Below the pieces are notes generated by a model, which worked only from the letters and a program-made list of their open reading frames with translations, had not been told where the DNA came from and searched no databases. A DNA stretch of 64,000 nucleotides. It comes from Octopus vulgaris (taxonomy: Eukaryota). Numbering within the stretch: the first letter of the stretch is position 1; each line of letters opens with the position of its first letter. The stretch is from the NCBI GenBank assembly GCA_951406725.2, contig OX597815.1:56420001-56484000 (forward strand), read 5' to 3'. Positions 12,101-25,421 of the stretch are shown here, in pieces. The position numbers were made by a program, and so were the translations under genes.

Positions 12101-12246
12101 TATCAACCGAAACCAAATACATTATGCTGTTTCTATTTCGGGTATTTAAATAGCAACGTACGAACAGAAACTAAGTAGAAATTTCTGTTTCTGTTTCGGT
12201 TTTAGATTTTTACTTCAGAATCGTTTTAATGTGTGATTAAAAAAAG

Positions 12247-12902
12247 AGTTAATGTTTACATCTTGACCCGGAAATGAAATTTAAAAAACATAAATAAAAT
12301 ACAGGAATGAGTATAAAGCAATACGTAGGAAACGAATCTGAAAAAAAAAAAAATACGCACAAAGCAACTGGAAAGTGCGGAGAGGACTTCGGAAAATTCA
12401 CAAGATCCGAGCTTTTCCCTCATAACTTTTAGGAAAATGGGGGGGGGTTCAATGAAATTTTATAGAAATACATTTCAAGCGGCACACATTACGATTATAA
12501 AGAAATTTGTGGGAAAAATCTTTTCAAAGGGGAGCGGGGAGAGGACTTCGGAAAATTCACAAAATGCAAGTCTTTCCCCCATAACTTTTAGGAAAACGGG
12601 GTTTTTTTCAATGAAATTTTATATAAATACCTGTGAAACGGCATACATTACAACAATAAAGTAATTTGTGGTGAAAATTTTGAGGTGGGGAGAGGACTTT
12701 CGGAAAATTCTCAAGATCCGAATTTTTCCGAAATCACATTCAACTTTCTACAGATGCCCTAGCGTAATACTACTACACTACGTAGAGTTTATTTCTATCC
12801 ACTTTCAATAATTTTTAGTGTTTTGGCTTCAATTTTGTTTCATTTTCAATTATTTTTACGCTTTTTTAACCATTCGTCGTTATTTTCATTCACTCGTTAT
12901 TA

Positions 12903-12965
<63 letters not shown>

Positions 12966-13382
12966 ATATACATATTTCATATATGTAAATATAATTATTA
13001 CATACATAATATATACATACATATATATATATACATATATATATACGCATATACACACACACATATATAGATATGAGGGGAAAAACTTGGATCTTGTGAA
13101 TTTTCCCTGCCCCCTTGGAAAAGATTTTTCCCACAAATTTCTTTATAATCGTAATGTATGCAGTTTGAATGGTATTTCTATAAAATTTCATTGAAAAAAA
13201 ACATTTTCCTAAAAGTTATGAGGGAAAAGCTCGGATCTTGTGAATTTTCTGAAGTCCTCTCCCCACCCTCCCGTTGCATTGTGCGCATTTTCTTTTTCAT
13301 ATTCGTTTCCTACACATAGTTTTACACCCATTCCAGTATTTTTGGGGGATTTTCATTTCGAGTCAAGATGTAAACATTAACC
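12247..13382. mobile_element. Foldback-type non-autonomous DNA transposon with long modular TIRs
   Basis: (A/G)GTTAATGTTTACATCTTGAC at both ends, ~300-bp inverted arms with ~150-bp subrepeats, AAAG on both flanks (possible 4-bp TSD). Confidence 0.8.
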
Positions 13383-15322
13383 AAAGTGGTTCCAAAGTTG
13401 CTCTTTCTGCCATGAAAAAGGAAGGTATTTTAATTCAAAAGTAAAATTTTCAAGTACATGTTGTGTACTTGAAAATTTTAAGTTTCAATAATTGCTACAG
13501 TAGGAAATAATGCAAAAGCAGGCATTCTTTCAGAAAATGTAGCATATGTGTCAAAACTCAAATCACCTATTTGTTTGGCAATTTCCGTAAAAATTTTTTA
13601 ATTTCTTTAATTTTCTTCCATGAGCTGGAAAAAGCCAACATGTACCTTTGACATCTGCAAGTGAGATGAAGTGTGAAACAGGCGAAACAAAGTATTTTTT
13701 TGTCTGTTATCAAGTTCAATTAAATCTGACAGAACTCAGAAAAATTTAGACAGGGTTTCGAATCTTGGCCAAAAATTCCAGGAAGCAATTCGTTACACAT
13801 ATTATGAAGGTGTATCTATGTATGTATCTGTGTTTGTATATATTTTTTGCATGTATGTGTATACCTCTATGCATTTAGGTATGTGTGTATATATAGCTGG
13901 TTTCATTCTTACCTGCTTAATCTGTGTTTATAAAATCCAAGGTTTTACATGCACTTCTATGCATTCCTAGGGGGGTGCAATGGACAGCACTATTCTATGG
14001 TGTACCCTCAGATTTAGAAAATACAGTTCACAAAATTCTTCCCACAATACGTTTCTTAAAACTTTGCTTCTTAAAGCAGAACAAAAAATAATTTTAAAAC
14101 AAACCAGATGAACCAAAGTGCCTAGTCAAAAATTCCCCAGGGAAATGATAAAAGAGAGGAAGAAGTGATGAAAGAAAAAAGCAAATACAAAAAACATCAA
14201 CAACAACACACATGTTTATTCATTCTTTCACTTTATCAATACTGCTTCTGATCCCATCTATACAAACAACTCTTCTTCAGTTAACCTAAACTCTAACTGT
14301 AAATCCTAATCTATACCATATCCCTAAAGTATAACCATAAAATCTTAAGCCATGCATCTTAAAAAGTTACATCTTTAAAAACAGAGAAGAGTTGAGGCAA
14401 AGATAGAAAGCATCTTCGTGTAATCAAGAATGTTCATAAAAGGTCAACAATGAAAAAGTCACGGCCAGTTGTGTACAAGGTGAAGTAGGATGAAGTGGAA
14501 TAAGAGGAAGGAGAATGGTCTTAAAAGAAGTAGAAATTTTGAAAAGCTATTTTTACTGGTTTGTAATCAATCATTAAAATATAAATTTTTTTGTATCATA
14601 GTTTTAAAATATAGACAGTCTGAATTTGCCATTTGTTTCTGCTTATAATTTCAAAATAATATTTGAAATCATTCAGAATCCAAATATAAAAAGTTTTTTT
14701 TTTTAAATTATGCATGCACATGGTTTATCATTGATTCTGGATCGAAGCATACCATGTAACTAGTCATAACTTCTAGTTTTTTGGTATTTTCAGAAAATAT
14801 TTGTGAATTTGTGTTCTACAAACACTAACTCTTATGATTATGCCAAAAGACTTTTACAATTAAATTATTTTCCTTCTCCCACCTAAGGTTGCTGGGATTT
14901 ATCCACATTGATTTAAAAAATGTATGTAAAAGATAATTTATCTTAATAGCATACTTTTCTGTTAGTAATTACGTTTTTTCTTATGCATACACACACACAA
15001 ACACATTCACACATAGATTCACTTGGTGCAGGGGTGGAGAGAAAAATTAAATTACAAAAAATTTATTTTTTACTTAAATACCAGCAATGGATTGCCCTTG
15101 AGATAAACAAAACCCATGTGGGACCTTTTGTCTGGTTGTCACTTTTCAATTTCTTCAATTTTTTGGCAATTGATTTCATATTTGATGTATTGGTGTAGTT
15201 TTGTATGGTAATCATTAACATCAAATTCATTTTCACCATAAATCAATAAAGAGTTAATAGCTTTTAAAGTTTGCAAGTCTTGGGTAATTTTCGCTAACCG
15301 AAAGCCAGACACACAGGTGCCT

Positions 15323-15359
15323 GTTTCCATAGTAACAAGCCAAGCTGTTACCAAGCTAC
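15323..15359. promoter_or_regulatory. Paired RFX X-boxes next to a minus-strand splice donor
   Basis: GTTTCCATAGTAAC at 15323-15336 and GTTACCAAGCTAC at 15347-15359; donor GAG|GTAAGT at 15363. Confidence 0.6.
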
Positions 15360-16000
15360 TTACCTCTCTGTTGCTGTCTTGTCAATTTTCACTTATTAAA
15401 TGCTTAAAACACAAGGTACCAGGTGGTCATTAGATGTGCTAAAAAAATAACAGCTAAATAGGCCTTAAATTACACACCACACTTTTCTGAAAAATTCCAT
15501 AAAATGAAAAAGTCATGAGGGGTTATATGTTGTGCATAAAGCAGAATTCCACCAATATTTCATTTGTGTACAGTTTCATATTAAAACATTCTACTTTTGC
15601 AATGTTGGCAACTCATTCAATTGCTCATAAACTGACAGCTTCCAAATCCTGTTTTCTGACTGGGTAAAAATAGTTAAAGTTTAAAACTAACTTTTTTTAA
15701 AAATTTTTCTGCAAAAAGTGAATTAGCCCTGGAAATTCAAATTTAAAAACTTTGATTAAACTTCAAAACTTCCACAGATCTAGTCAAACAGAAAAGATCC
15801 CCCATGTGTTATTTCTGCATCATCATTCTATAAAATGTGTTGATGGGGAGAAAAATATTGAAAAACATCAATACGTGTCAGAATGACAGAGATACAAGGA
15901 AGGTACCAAGATGGTCATGGAACATGCTAGAAACAACAGCTAAAAATCCCAAATCACACACCTTTTCATCTGAAAAGTATTTGGAAATTATAAGCAGAAA

Positions 16001-16304
16001 TATAGTATGAGGGAACTGTAATGTGAGAAACAAAATATGGTTCACCTACCACTCAATGTCAGCTGTCCAGCTGTGTTAAATCCAAGACATGCCCTACTCG
16101 TATCCCCTATCACTTGTAGCTATTACTAAAGCCCTGTCTTACCCACACAGCCACATGTGTCCATTCACCTCAACTGTGTCGAGGCCAAAAGAGGACCACA
16201 CTGGTCCTATTTCCCTCACTTCGTCACTCCCTCTTCCTCTTCTAGTGGGGCCCATCAGCTATTGACATCACTGTCCTTTCCTTCCGGTTCACCTCATCCT
16301 CACA
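16001..16304 (-). repeat. 3' LTR
   Basis: Diverged direct repeat of 22549-22852. Confidence 0.8.
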
Positions 16305-18556
16305 TACCCCACTGATCTTGAAGATCACCTCCTCACTTCACTTGATGTTGAAATCTGCCATCCACCCGGGCGGACATCTCGCTCACTGTGATCTCTACAG
16401 GGATGAAGCTCTGCTCACTTCCTCTTCTCCATCTTCATTGTCCAACGAAGCAATAATTCTGCAAACATCCAAGATGTGACATGGCATTCCATCCACAGAA
16501 ACATCATTTTTGGAATTAACAGCCATCACTGTTCCTCTAACTCAGACTTCACCTCCTACCTACATGAATGCAGGCCCTCTCACTTTCACAAGGCATTCTG
16601 ATGTTGTACTTGGGTGCCACCACTCATACCTGAATATTGGTCTGTGTGGCATGGACTCTTCAGCCTGTACTGATTAGGGTGACATATTATACCCGAATAC
16701 TGCTTCCTGTGATTAGATGCATCCTCACTCTGCCATGGCCTTCATCGTGTGATGGTGTCTTTCCACAATCCATTTCTACTTGGCCTGTATGCTACTCTGA
16801 AGAAGCTGTGCACATTCCACATCAAACCTCTCCTTCAGCATCTCCGAATGAAATGCAGTACCATTGCCTATCAGCAATTCATTCACAGGGCTCCACTCCA
16901 GGAATATCTCGTTCAGGATACATGCAACCTCATCTGCAATGCCTGTCTTCATTTCCCTTCATACAGCCATCCAACCAGGTCTGCAGTTGACCATCGAGAA
17001 ATACATCCCCTGCAGAAGTGTGTCACATCCACCTTCAGTTGTGCTCTACAGCGATGTTTCCTGGCTTGTGCACACCTGGAGCAGGGTCAATAGATTAACC
17101 CTGCTCCAGGTCAATCTATTGACCCTATCCCAGCTATCAACCACTTTTTGAAAGCTCTGCCTAGTAACATCAGAGTCAACCCTCCTGGCAAGATACAGGG
17201 TTCTACTCACACCCATGTGAGGCATGAAATGCAATCTCCTTAGATCTGGGTTACCTAGCTGATACGCTGCAGCTATCTCCCACTCCAAATCTTCTAGCAC
17301 TGCCAACCAGGTCTGCCATATTCATTTCTGAAGGCACAAAGATCACACTCAGCTTCGAACTAATTTTGACAGCTAACTCTCCCAGAACCCCTAGACAGTG
17401 CTTTACTAAGATCTCTGCAGCCCCTTTGATTCAAGCCCATCTATGCACAGTAGCCAAATCAGTTCAGATTTCGATAGAGCATGCCTCCATCTCAGGGCCA
17501 GATTCACACTTTTCAGCACTACATCTAACTCAGTCATGTTGATGTGGTTGTAATCATCTGCTTTTCTGAGCCAGACTGCATCTTTCATTTCAACACCTCT
17601 GATTTCCAGGACAACCCCTATTGCTATGCATATGGTCCTATTCTCCAATTTCTGTTACCCTCTCTAAGATCTCCTGCATCATCGCCACCATCCTCTCTCC
17701 TACTTTGTCTTCCTATCTTGCCCCATCTGCTTGTCTCTTGACATAGCTGCATGTTATTCAAAGCCATCCTGTAATTGGATAGTGACCTACTAGTCTCCCA
17801 CATCGAGAATAGTTCACGTCTGTTGATACTGGTATGCAGCTCCGGAATCTCATTCCCTCTCCAAAACACCAACACACCTCTTTTGTCTCTTTGAAGCTTC
17901 AGCTCCAATGTAGGTCCTCCAACCATTGGCTCCAGTGATTTCACAGTCAACCTGAACTTCTTCAGGTGACCTACGACCTCTACAGCAGACACTACAGTCT
18001 CATCTACTAGGATGCCATCTCTATAAGAATTGGTGGCTTTTTTTACCTTATCCACTTTTCCCAGGATATATTTGAGCACTGTCGCCATGATCTTTGGCAC
18101 AGAATTTAGCCCAAAACCCAGTCTGGTCAAACAGTATGTCTAGCCCTTGTATTGCACCAGCTGATGCTGTCAGTTTCTCACTCATCAGAGTCAACCCTCC
18201 TAGCAAGATACAGGGTTCTATCCACACCCACGTGAGGCATGAAATGCAATCTCCTTAGATCTGGGTTACCTAGCTAATACGCTGCAGCTATCTCCCACTC
18301 CAAATCTAGCACTGCCAACAAGGAGATCCTAGAGAGGATAAGAGAAGACACAATTAGAGGAAACTGGCATGTGCCCAAATTGGAGAACAGGACCATATGG
18401 TGTGATGCTAGCAGCATAGCAACAGGGGTTGTCCTGGAAATCAGATATGCCAACTTAGTTCAACAAGTGTTGCTGTCCCTGTCATCCATCTCCATTCTTG
18501 TAACGTCTCTCTGCATATGTCAATCACCTCGCCACCTGTGTGGCACAATACATGAC

Positions 18557-21246
18557 TCCAGCCAATATGACCATATTGGGTGAAAAGCAGAATATTGGTA
18601 TTTTTTTGCTGATATCAGCCTGTCATCAATACGACATCAAAACAAAGTTATTTTGCATAATTACAGTTTGCATTTCTCATTGTCTATTCCATTTACTACT
18701 ATCATGGTCCATGTAGAAAAAATTGTATTTGTAGCAGTATATTTTTTTAACAGTACTTCAACATCAGGCGAACGTTGGATTGCTGTCATACTGCAGCTGG
18801 ACAAGCAATATCCTAGTGTTCCAAGCAGGAACAGGGGAAGCAATTCAAAATGCAATCCTTTCATTTTCCACATCAAAAGCAGGGAAATTCAATATCCCTG
18901 TCAAAAGTTAGGATTAAAAAAACACGTGATTTATCTAGTATCACAAATAAGACTGAAAACACTTAGAAAATTCGGAGCGTTTATATTAATTTAGCTTTAG
19001 AATTCTTCAAGTTGTATAAAAATAGTTATTGTCTGCATCATTCGAAAGAGAAATAAATCCTGCATAAGGTGTAAAAGATGAAAATAATTTGTATGGTGTT
19101 AGTAACAAAATATTTTGTAAGAAATAGAACTTTTATCATTGGTCTTAAATTTATTTTCGTCAGTGTAGTTTGGCTTTCAGAGTGTTGTGATTAAATTGTG
19201 CTGCGGGCCTTACCAATTTCTTAATCAGGGTGCTCGCAGGTCCTTGAATTCCTTGAATACTCTTGAATTTCAAAAGTAAAATTCCAGGCCTGGAAAGCCC
19301 TTGAAAATTATCCAGACACACAGCAATCTTTGAAAACTTTGAATTTTTATTTATAAGTTTTATATTCAGTCCACTTCCTGTACCACAGAAAAAAAAAATT
19401 CTATTTAAACCAATCATCTGAATTTATATTTGCAATGTTTCTACATCAATGTTGGCTGCCTGGCATGGAAACATTGCTACACATTAGTTAACAACTTGAG
19501 GAAATAGATTGGGCAATATTTAAACAATATTATTTGAGAACCTAAGTAGTATAAATAGTTTTGTTTTATCAGAAGGATGTCCTTGGAAACCTTTGAATTT
19601 TTTTGTGGAGTGGTATTGATGGTTTTTGAATCTAATTTGAAAATACCCTTGAAAAATCTTAAAAACCCTTTAATTTTCTTTTTAAAAACCTGCAAGAACC
19701 CTGTTAATTGTTTTTGATGTTTGACAAAAAGGCTATTATTCTACTTTTTGCTCATAGTGTATTGAAAATGACTGCATTTTTTAATTTTGATTTGCAGTCA
19801 TTGAACTGAAAATGGCCCTGGGATATTAATATTCACTTTGAGTACTGTTTTAGCCAGACTGGGGGGGAAAGTGGTTGTACTAGCTTTGGAAGATTCTGAC
19901 ATAAAACAGTAGTGAACATTTATGAATATTTGTATCTGTTTTCAACTGTAGAATTAATTAAATTCATGTAATTTATGCTAGTAGATTTTTGCCTTTGTGA
20001 ATAGTACATGAATAAATGGATGTGAGTGCATTTGTTATTCTCACATTAAGAACTAACATAATCAATTAATTTCAGGGGGCTGTTTGCAAGACTATGAAAA
20101 ATGCGACAGAAGCAGAAGTTAAGCTGGTGACTTGAGAATGGCTTTGGACTGCCTGTGACAGAAATGGTGGCTGAAGGAAGAGAGAAAAAAGAACTTGGAC
20201 AAGTCTGCTCTTGAAATGAATCTGTCACAAATTGAAAATTAAGAAAACTAATTTACAGGTTACCTCAATTTTTTATGGTCATCCATTTTAGCAACACACC
20301 AGTAATAATAGGCTGAATAACGTATATACATGGTTTTGTCTTCCATTTAAATTACTCCTTCACCAGGTTAGTAAGTAATACTCTTATCTGTGGTTTCAAA
20401 TACAATTTTATTGATGATATCTCTCACATTTAATGTGTTTTTTTCTATTCTTGCACTTTTATTAACTTTTATATGTTGTGATTTACTTTTGTTGTGTTGT
20501 AAATAGCCATTTTTCAATTATAGTTTATAATATAAATGATGTTTGCAAAGAAAAATGAGTTGTTCTTTTTTAATTTTTTTCTGGCAGTTTCTACATGATT
20601 TTTCAGATATTCCCATACACATGCCATGTAAACTGATGCACAGACACTTACATCTTCAAAATAAATTTAATGCTGTTTCTATTTAACAGCGGGTGGTCCT
20701 CATTGGTTGTAAATTGAAACAATATAACATTTTTATTTTCAAGCGCTGGGTGGGTGAGGCTGGAATCAGAGCAATTCATGCCAGGGATTTGGTGTAATGC
20801 TATGGAGAACATAAAGTGTGGCCAATGTCAAACCAGTATAAATGTTTAATCATACATTAATTAGCCCATCCTTGAATGTATTTTGGAGTCAGATCAGGCA
20901 TTTGGCAAAATCAGCTCAGACTGATATTGAGACTTCTCAAGTTGAACAACTACATATCAGCCAAACCTCATTTTCATATCAGACAGATGTCACCTTGATG
21001 TGAATATGACACTGGACCAAAATCTCACATCAGTCCAACCTCAAATTCATATCAGCCTGACATCAGGGAATATGTCGGCCTGATGTTGCACCAAAATCTC
21101 ACATTGGCCCAACCTCAAATTCATATCGGCCCAATGTTGCAAAATTGAGATCGGGCTGAAATCAAACCGACACAATTTCTGAAGCAGGGCCAATATAGGT
21201 AACAACATTGGTTTGATATTGTCCCAATATGGTTTTGCTGGCTGGA
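18557..21246. mobile_element. Non-autonomous TIR DNA transposon (CMC/EnSpm-like) inserted into the LTR element's RT
   Basis: TIRs TCCAGCCAATATGACCATATTGGG and TCCAGCCAGCAAAACCATATTGGG; subterminal tandem repeats at ~20920-21180. The RT reading KMNG|HVLCHTGGEVIDICRE rejoins across it. Possible 3-bp TSD GCC/GTC. Superfamily is inferred. Confidence 0.7.
19226..19703. mobile_element. MITE with CAGGGT termini and 5-bp TSD (hAT5-like)
   Basis: CAGGGTGCTCGCAGG / CCTGCAAGAACCCTG, TTAAT on both flanks, subterminal CCTTGAA repeats. Confidence 0.75.
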
Positions 21247-22548
21247 GGCCATTCATCTTTTGAAAGTTCAGTACCAGCCTGGCCTCGCCCTTCGTTGGAA
21301 GCAGTCCACTCTTCACTTCCTCCTTTCACAAGATAAAGATACCTTCCTGATAAAGATACCTCAGCCTATTCTTCAACGTCAGGGGGCTCCCCTTTCCAGT
21401 GCCACTCTATTGTCCACTGCTGCCTGAGAATCTTATTCTCAATGGTGTAAGCAATACAATTTCCTACAGAGCAGTGTCCCCTCTCATGTGCCAGACTCAG
21501 CGCATGACACCCTTGCAACACCAAATGAAACCATGTCTCCACTGACACTGACACCTCCAAGGCAGTTGATAATGTCCATGCCCATCACCACATCAATTCC
21601 ATCTACCACATGGTCAATCATAATCTCTCACAGCTACCCTTACATCCAATTTCACTGCCATCAACTGCCTGAACACTACTCGTCATCTCCCATTTTTTTG
21701 TTACCCTTAGGGTCATGATAGACGTCATGCAGCTTGTATCCATGAGGGATCTGGACACCTTTCCTCCAATTAGGACTTCAATTATGGGCAGCAACTGCAC
21801 GAGAGCCTCTACTTGCTCCTGGGTGAAGATTAAGAGTCAGCAACTTCCCTGTAGCCTTTTCCCTGGCTGCAGTTTTGAGTGGCAGCAAACAGGTTCGGGC
21901 TTCATCTCTGCACAGTCCCTCACCATGTGTGGGCACTGGCCCATAAACAGTCACTGCTGCTCCACAGCAATTTTTCTCTCCTCATTCTTTACTGATCATC
22001 ACATAACATCGCAGGCTTCCACAGCTGCCATTGCCACTGCATTCTGCCTAATGTTTTGTGATGACACGCAGCCTTGAGCAATGAACTTACTCATCACCAT
22101 TTTCTCGCTGCCTGGCAGTAGTTGAAGTCAGGGAAGCCAGTTATGAAAGCCAATCATGCCACCTTTTCTAGTCCCTCTCAGATTAAACCAGATAGCATGG
22201 CTAGTCATTGAACCTTGACTATTCCCAGCTTGTTGAACACAGCATACAATCCTTCCATACAGGCCTTCTTTAGGTGCTGCTTGCTCTTTGCTGCATCCAG
22301 TTGGTCTCTCCCATCCATCTCGAGGTACAGCGCCAATGTATTTCCCTCCAGATACAGAGCCATGATACCTGCTGTATCATCAGTGCCTTGAAGCCTGGCC
22401 ACCTTGATCTTATGGATGCAGGTGATTACATCTCCTTCACCACAAAAAGGTTTGATGGCATCATTGCTGATCCTTATTTTTCTGCAATCTCGTGGAAGGG
22501 GACAATTACAATGGTAAAATATATGTATATATGAGAATCAAAATAGCT

Positions 22549-22852
22549 TGTAGCATGAGTGAACTGTAATGTAAGGAACAAAATATGGTTCACCAACCTC
22601 TCAGTGTCAGATGTCTAGCTGTATAAAATCCAAGATGTGCCCTACCTGTCACACCTATCGCTAGTAGCTGCTGCTAAAGCTCTGACTTACCCATGCATCC
22701 ACATGTGTCCATTCACCATGACTGCATTGAGATCAAAAGAGGATCATGCTGGTCCTGCTTCTCTCACTTTATTGCTCCCTGTTCCTCTTTCAGTGGGGCT
22801 TCTTGGTCGTTGATGTTACTGCCCTTTCCTTCCAGTTCACCTCACTCCCACA
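22549..22852 (-). repeat. 5' LTR
   Basis: Direct repeat of 16001-16304, TG...CA. Confidence 0.8.
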
Positions 22853-23656
22853 AGAAGCAAATGACAGATTCGGATTGTCTGTATTTTGAAACTATGATTT
22901 AAAAAAGAAAAATTTTTAAACTGAAATTTTATTGAGGAAAAGGGGCAAATAAATTTTTTTAAATGTTTTTGCATAATTGTATAGTGGGTTAAACATAAAT
23001 TCACAAAAATTATGATAGATTAAAAGGTGTGCTTCAATCACAACTCTGCCAATTGACTAAATTGTTGAAAAACTTTACAGTGATACATTTATTTTGAAAC
23101 TCCACTTCAGCATTATTACAAATTAGTGCTCACCCACAATATTCTGAAGCACCTCCAGGCACCAAAGTCTAGTGATGAGCCTGCTTCTGTGTTGTAATAG
23201 AGTGAAAGTAAATTTCCGAGAATTATGGGTATTTTTTCTCCTCTTTCTTGAAGGTTTCACAAAACCCTATTCAAACAAAATAAGCAATTATATGGCATCT
23301 TGAACAATCTGTTTTCTACTAGAATTTAGTTGACAACATTACAACTGCACACAGATTAAGCAGGTAAGAACAAACCCTAGATGCATACACAAAAGATATA
23401 TGTATACATACATACACACATGCGCACGCATACATGTGTATGTGGGAGGGTATACACAAGCATATGTGCACACCCAAACATGTGTTTCACAGTCTTCAAA
23501 GTAAGAAGTCTCAACATTACTGCTTACATGCTATTAGCCAAATTCAACACCAAATCACACCCTGCTACCTTAAAAATGAAAGAATAATTTACACAAAGGA
23601 TGCAATAAACTTACACTCTTGATACATTTCTTAATTTCAAATAATTATATATTTAC

Positions 23657-23812
23657 AGGCACAAGCTGGCATGAAATTTCTTCCTAACTACATAGTTCCT
23701 GGTTCAGTCCTACTGTATGACATCTTGGGAAAGTGACTTCTACTATAGCCCCAGAACAGCCAAGGCCTTAAGAGTGGATTTGGTAGATGAAAACTGAAAG
23801 AAACTCCCCATG
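23657..23812 (+). mobile_element. tRNA-derived SINE, 5' part
   Basis: Homologous to 1778-1935. Confidence 0.8.
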
Positions 23813-23822
23813 TGTGTACATA

Positions 23823-25337
23823 CGGCCTTAGCCAAAATTATGGAGCAGGTATGAAAAAAATAGTGAGTATGATTGAAACTCATTTATTTCATAATTGAAA
23901 TAATAATAATAAACATTTTTGAGTATATTCTATCAATAATTAATAGTTGATGTGTCCTCCTTTTGCTTTTATAACCCCTTTAATGTGTTATTGCAAGCTT
24001 GAAACTAAGTTAGGACAATTGGTTGGCTCAATTTTCTGCCACTCTTCATGAATTTTGGCTGTTAATTCACTTTTTGAAGAACATTTGTGCACCCTCACTC
24101 TTGTGCCCAAGTATGACCACAAATGTTCGATGGAGTTGAGGTCTGGAGATTGAGGGGGTCATTCCATCAACCTCACCCTTTTCTCCTCAAACCAACCTAT
24201 TGAGATTCTGGATATGTAGCATGGAGCATTGACTTGTTGGAAGATTACATCATCTGGTATGTTGTCATTGAGAATTTTACCTAACGTTGATAAACTTGGT
24301 CTAACATGCTGGTGTAAGTGTTGGAATTCATTCTGCCCTTACAAGTGAACAATATTCCTGGACCTGAAGATGACATGCAACCCCAAATCATTATGCTACC
24401 ACCTCCAAATTTGATTGCTAGTATAACACATCTAGGATCATAAGCTTCCCCAACTTTTTGATGAACATAAACAGCTCCAGGGGTTCCAGTGATCTGAGAA
24501 AAAATGCAAATTTTATTGATCATTTTTGGTATCCAATAAAGAATGTGTACAAGCATAATAAATTCAATTATACCTAATAAATTGGTGGAAACTAATATGG
24601 AGAACTTACCTCAAAGTTGCTTTCACCGGACCAAACAACTTTAGCCCAATCATCATCATTCCAATCTTATTGCTCTTTTGCCCAAGAAAATCGCTTCTTC
24701 TTGTTCACCTCAGACAGCCATGGTTTCTTTCTAGCCTTACATCCTTTGAGCCCAGCCTCTAATAACCTTCTTGTGCGATTTGATATCTCTTTGTTGCTTC
24801 CCAAAACTCAGCAGCTACGTCAGAAGAGGTTCTTTTCCTATTGGCCAGAAATGTCCTCTTCAGCAACTTGTCTTCCTTCAGAGTTGTACACTTTTTACAA
24901 CCTTGACCATTGTAGTTTTTGAAAGAATTGGTCACATTGAACCTTTTGATGGTTGTTTGGACACCGTTTCTGAAGCATTTAAATTTTCTTGCAATTTTGA
25001 CTTGGGATAGTCCTTGTTTGAGTCCTTTGAATTTCAGAAATCTGTTTATTCAGAGACATGTTCAACAAAGATTAACTACCAATAAGCTATTTATTGAAAA
25101 AATAGGAAAAAATGTTAGTATCACACATTGAATGGCAGAAAATTGCCCCAACCATTTATGCAAAATATGCAAAAATGCATTAAAGCGGTTATAAAAGCAA
25201 AAAGAAAACATATAAAATACTAATTATTGATGGGATATAATCAAGAATGTTTATTAGATTGTTTTCAATTATGTGAATGAGTTTCAATCATATTCTCTAT
25301 TTTTTTCATACCTGCCCCATAATTTTGGCTAAGGCTG
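23823..25337 (-). mobile_element. Tc1 (DD34E-type) transposon, full length, decayed transposase with an intron
   Basis: TIRs C(G/A)GCCTTAGCCAAAATTATGG (~170 bp), TA TSD; WSGESNFE, KFGGGSIMIWGCMS and PPQSPDLNSIEHLW motifs; GT-AG intron 24609-24494. Confidence 0.92.
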
Positions 25338-25381
25338 TATATATGTTTGCATGTACACTTGCACACATACACACACGCATG

Positions 25382-25418
<37 letters not shown>

Positions 25419-25421
25419 GCA

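Larger units (their letters stand above)
16001..22852 (-). mobile_element. Gypsy-like LTR retrotransposon, decayed, both LTRs present
   Basis: Direct repeats 16001-16304 and 22549-22852 (TG...CA, with the TG mutated to TA in the left copy). Flanks AGAAA/AGAAG; G-rich PPT at ~16305-16312. Order is gag (ALYLEGNTLALYLEM), protease (LMDTSC), RT (RLGFGLNSVPKIM..SYRDGI), RNase H (WCDASS-like) and integrase (H..PHMGVSRTLYLAR). Confidence 0.85.

Noticed and set aside
20259-20367. Plus-strand exon-like segment with AG/GT ends (also 41930-42027)
   Set aside because: Stops in all three frames and no supporting gene context
20920-21180. Regularly spaced repeats resembling a CRISPR array
   Set aside because: Degenerate tandem subterminal repeats of a DNA transposon; no unique spacers, no cas genes, eukaryotic context
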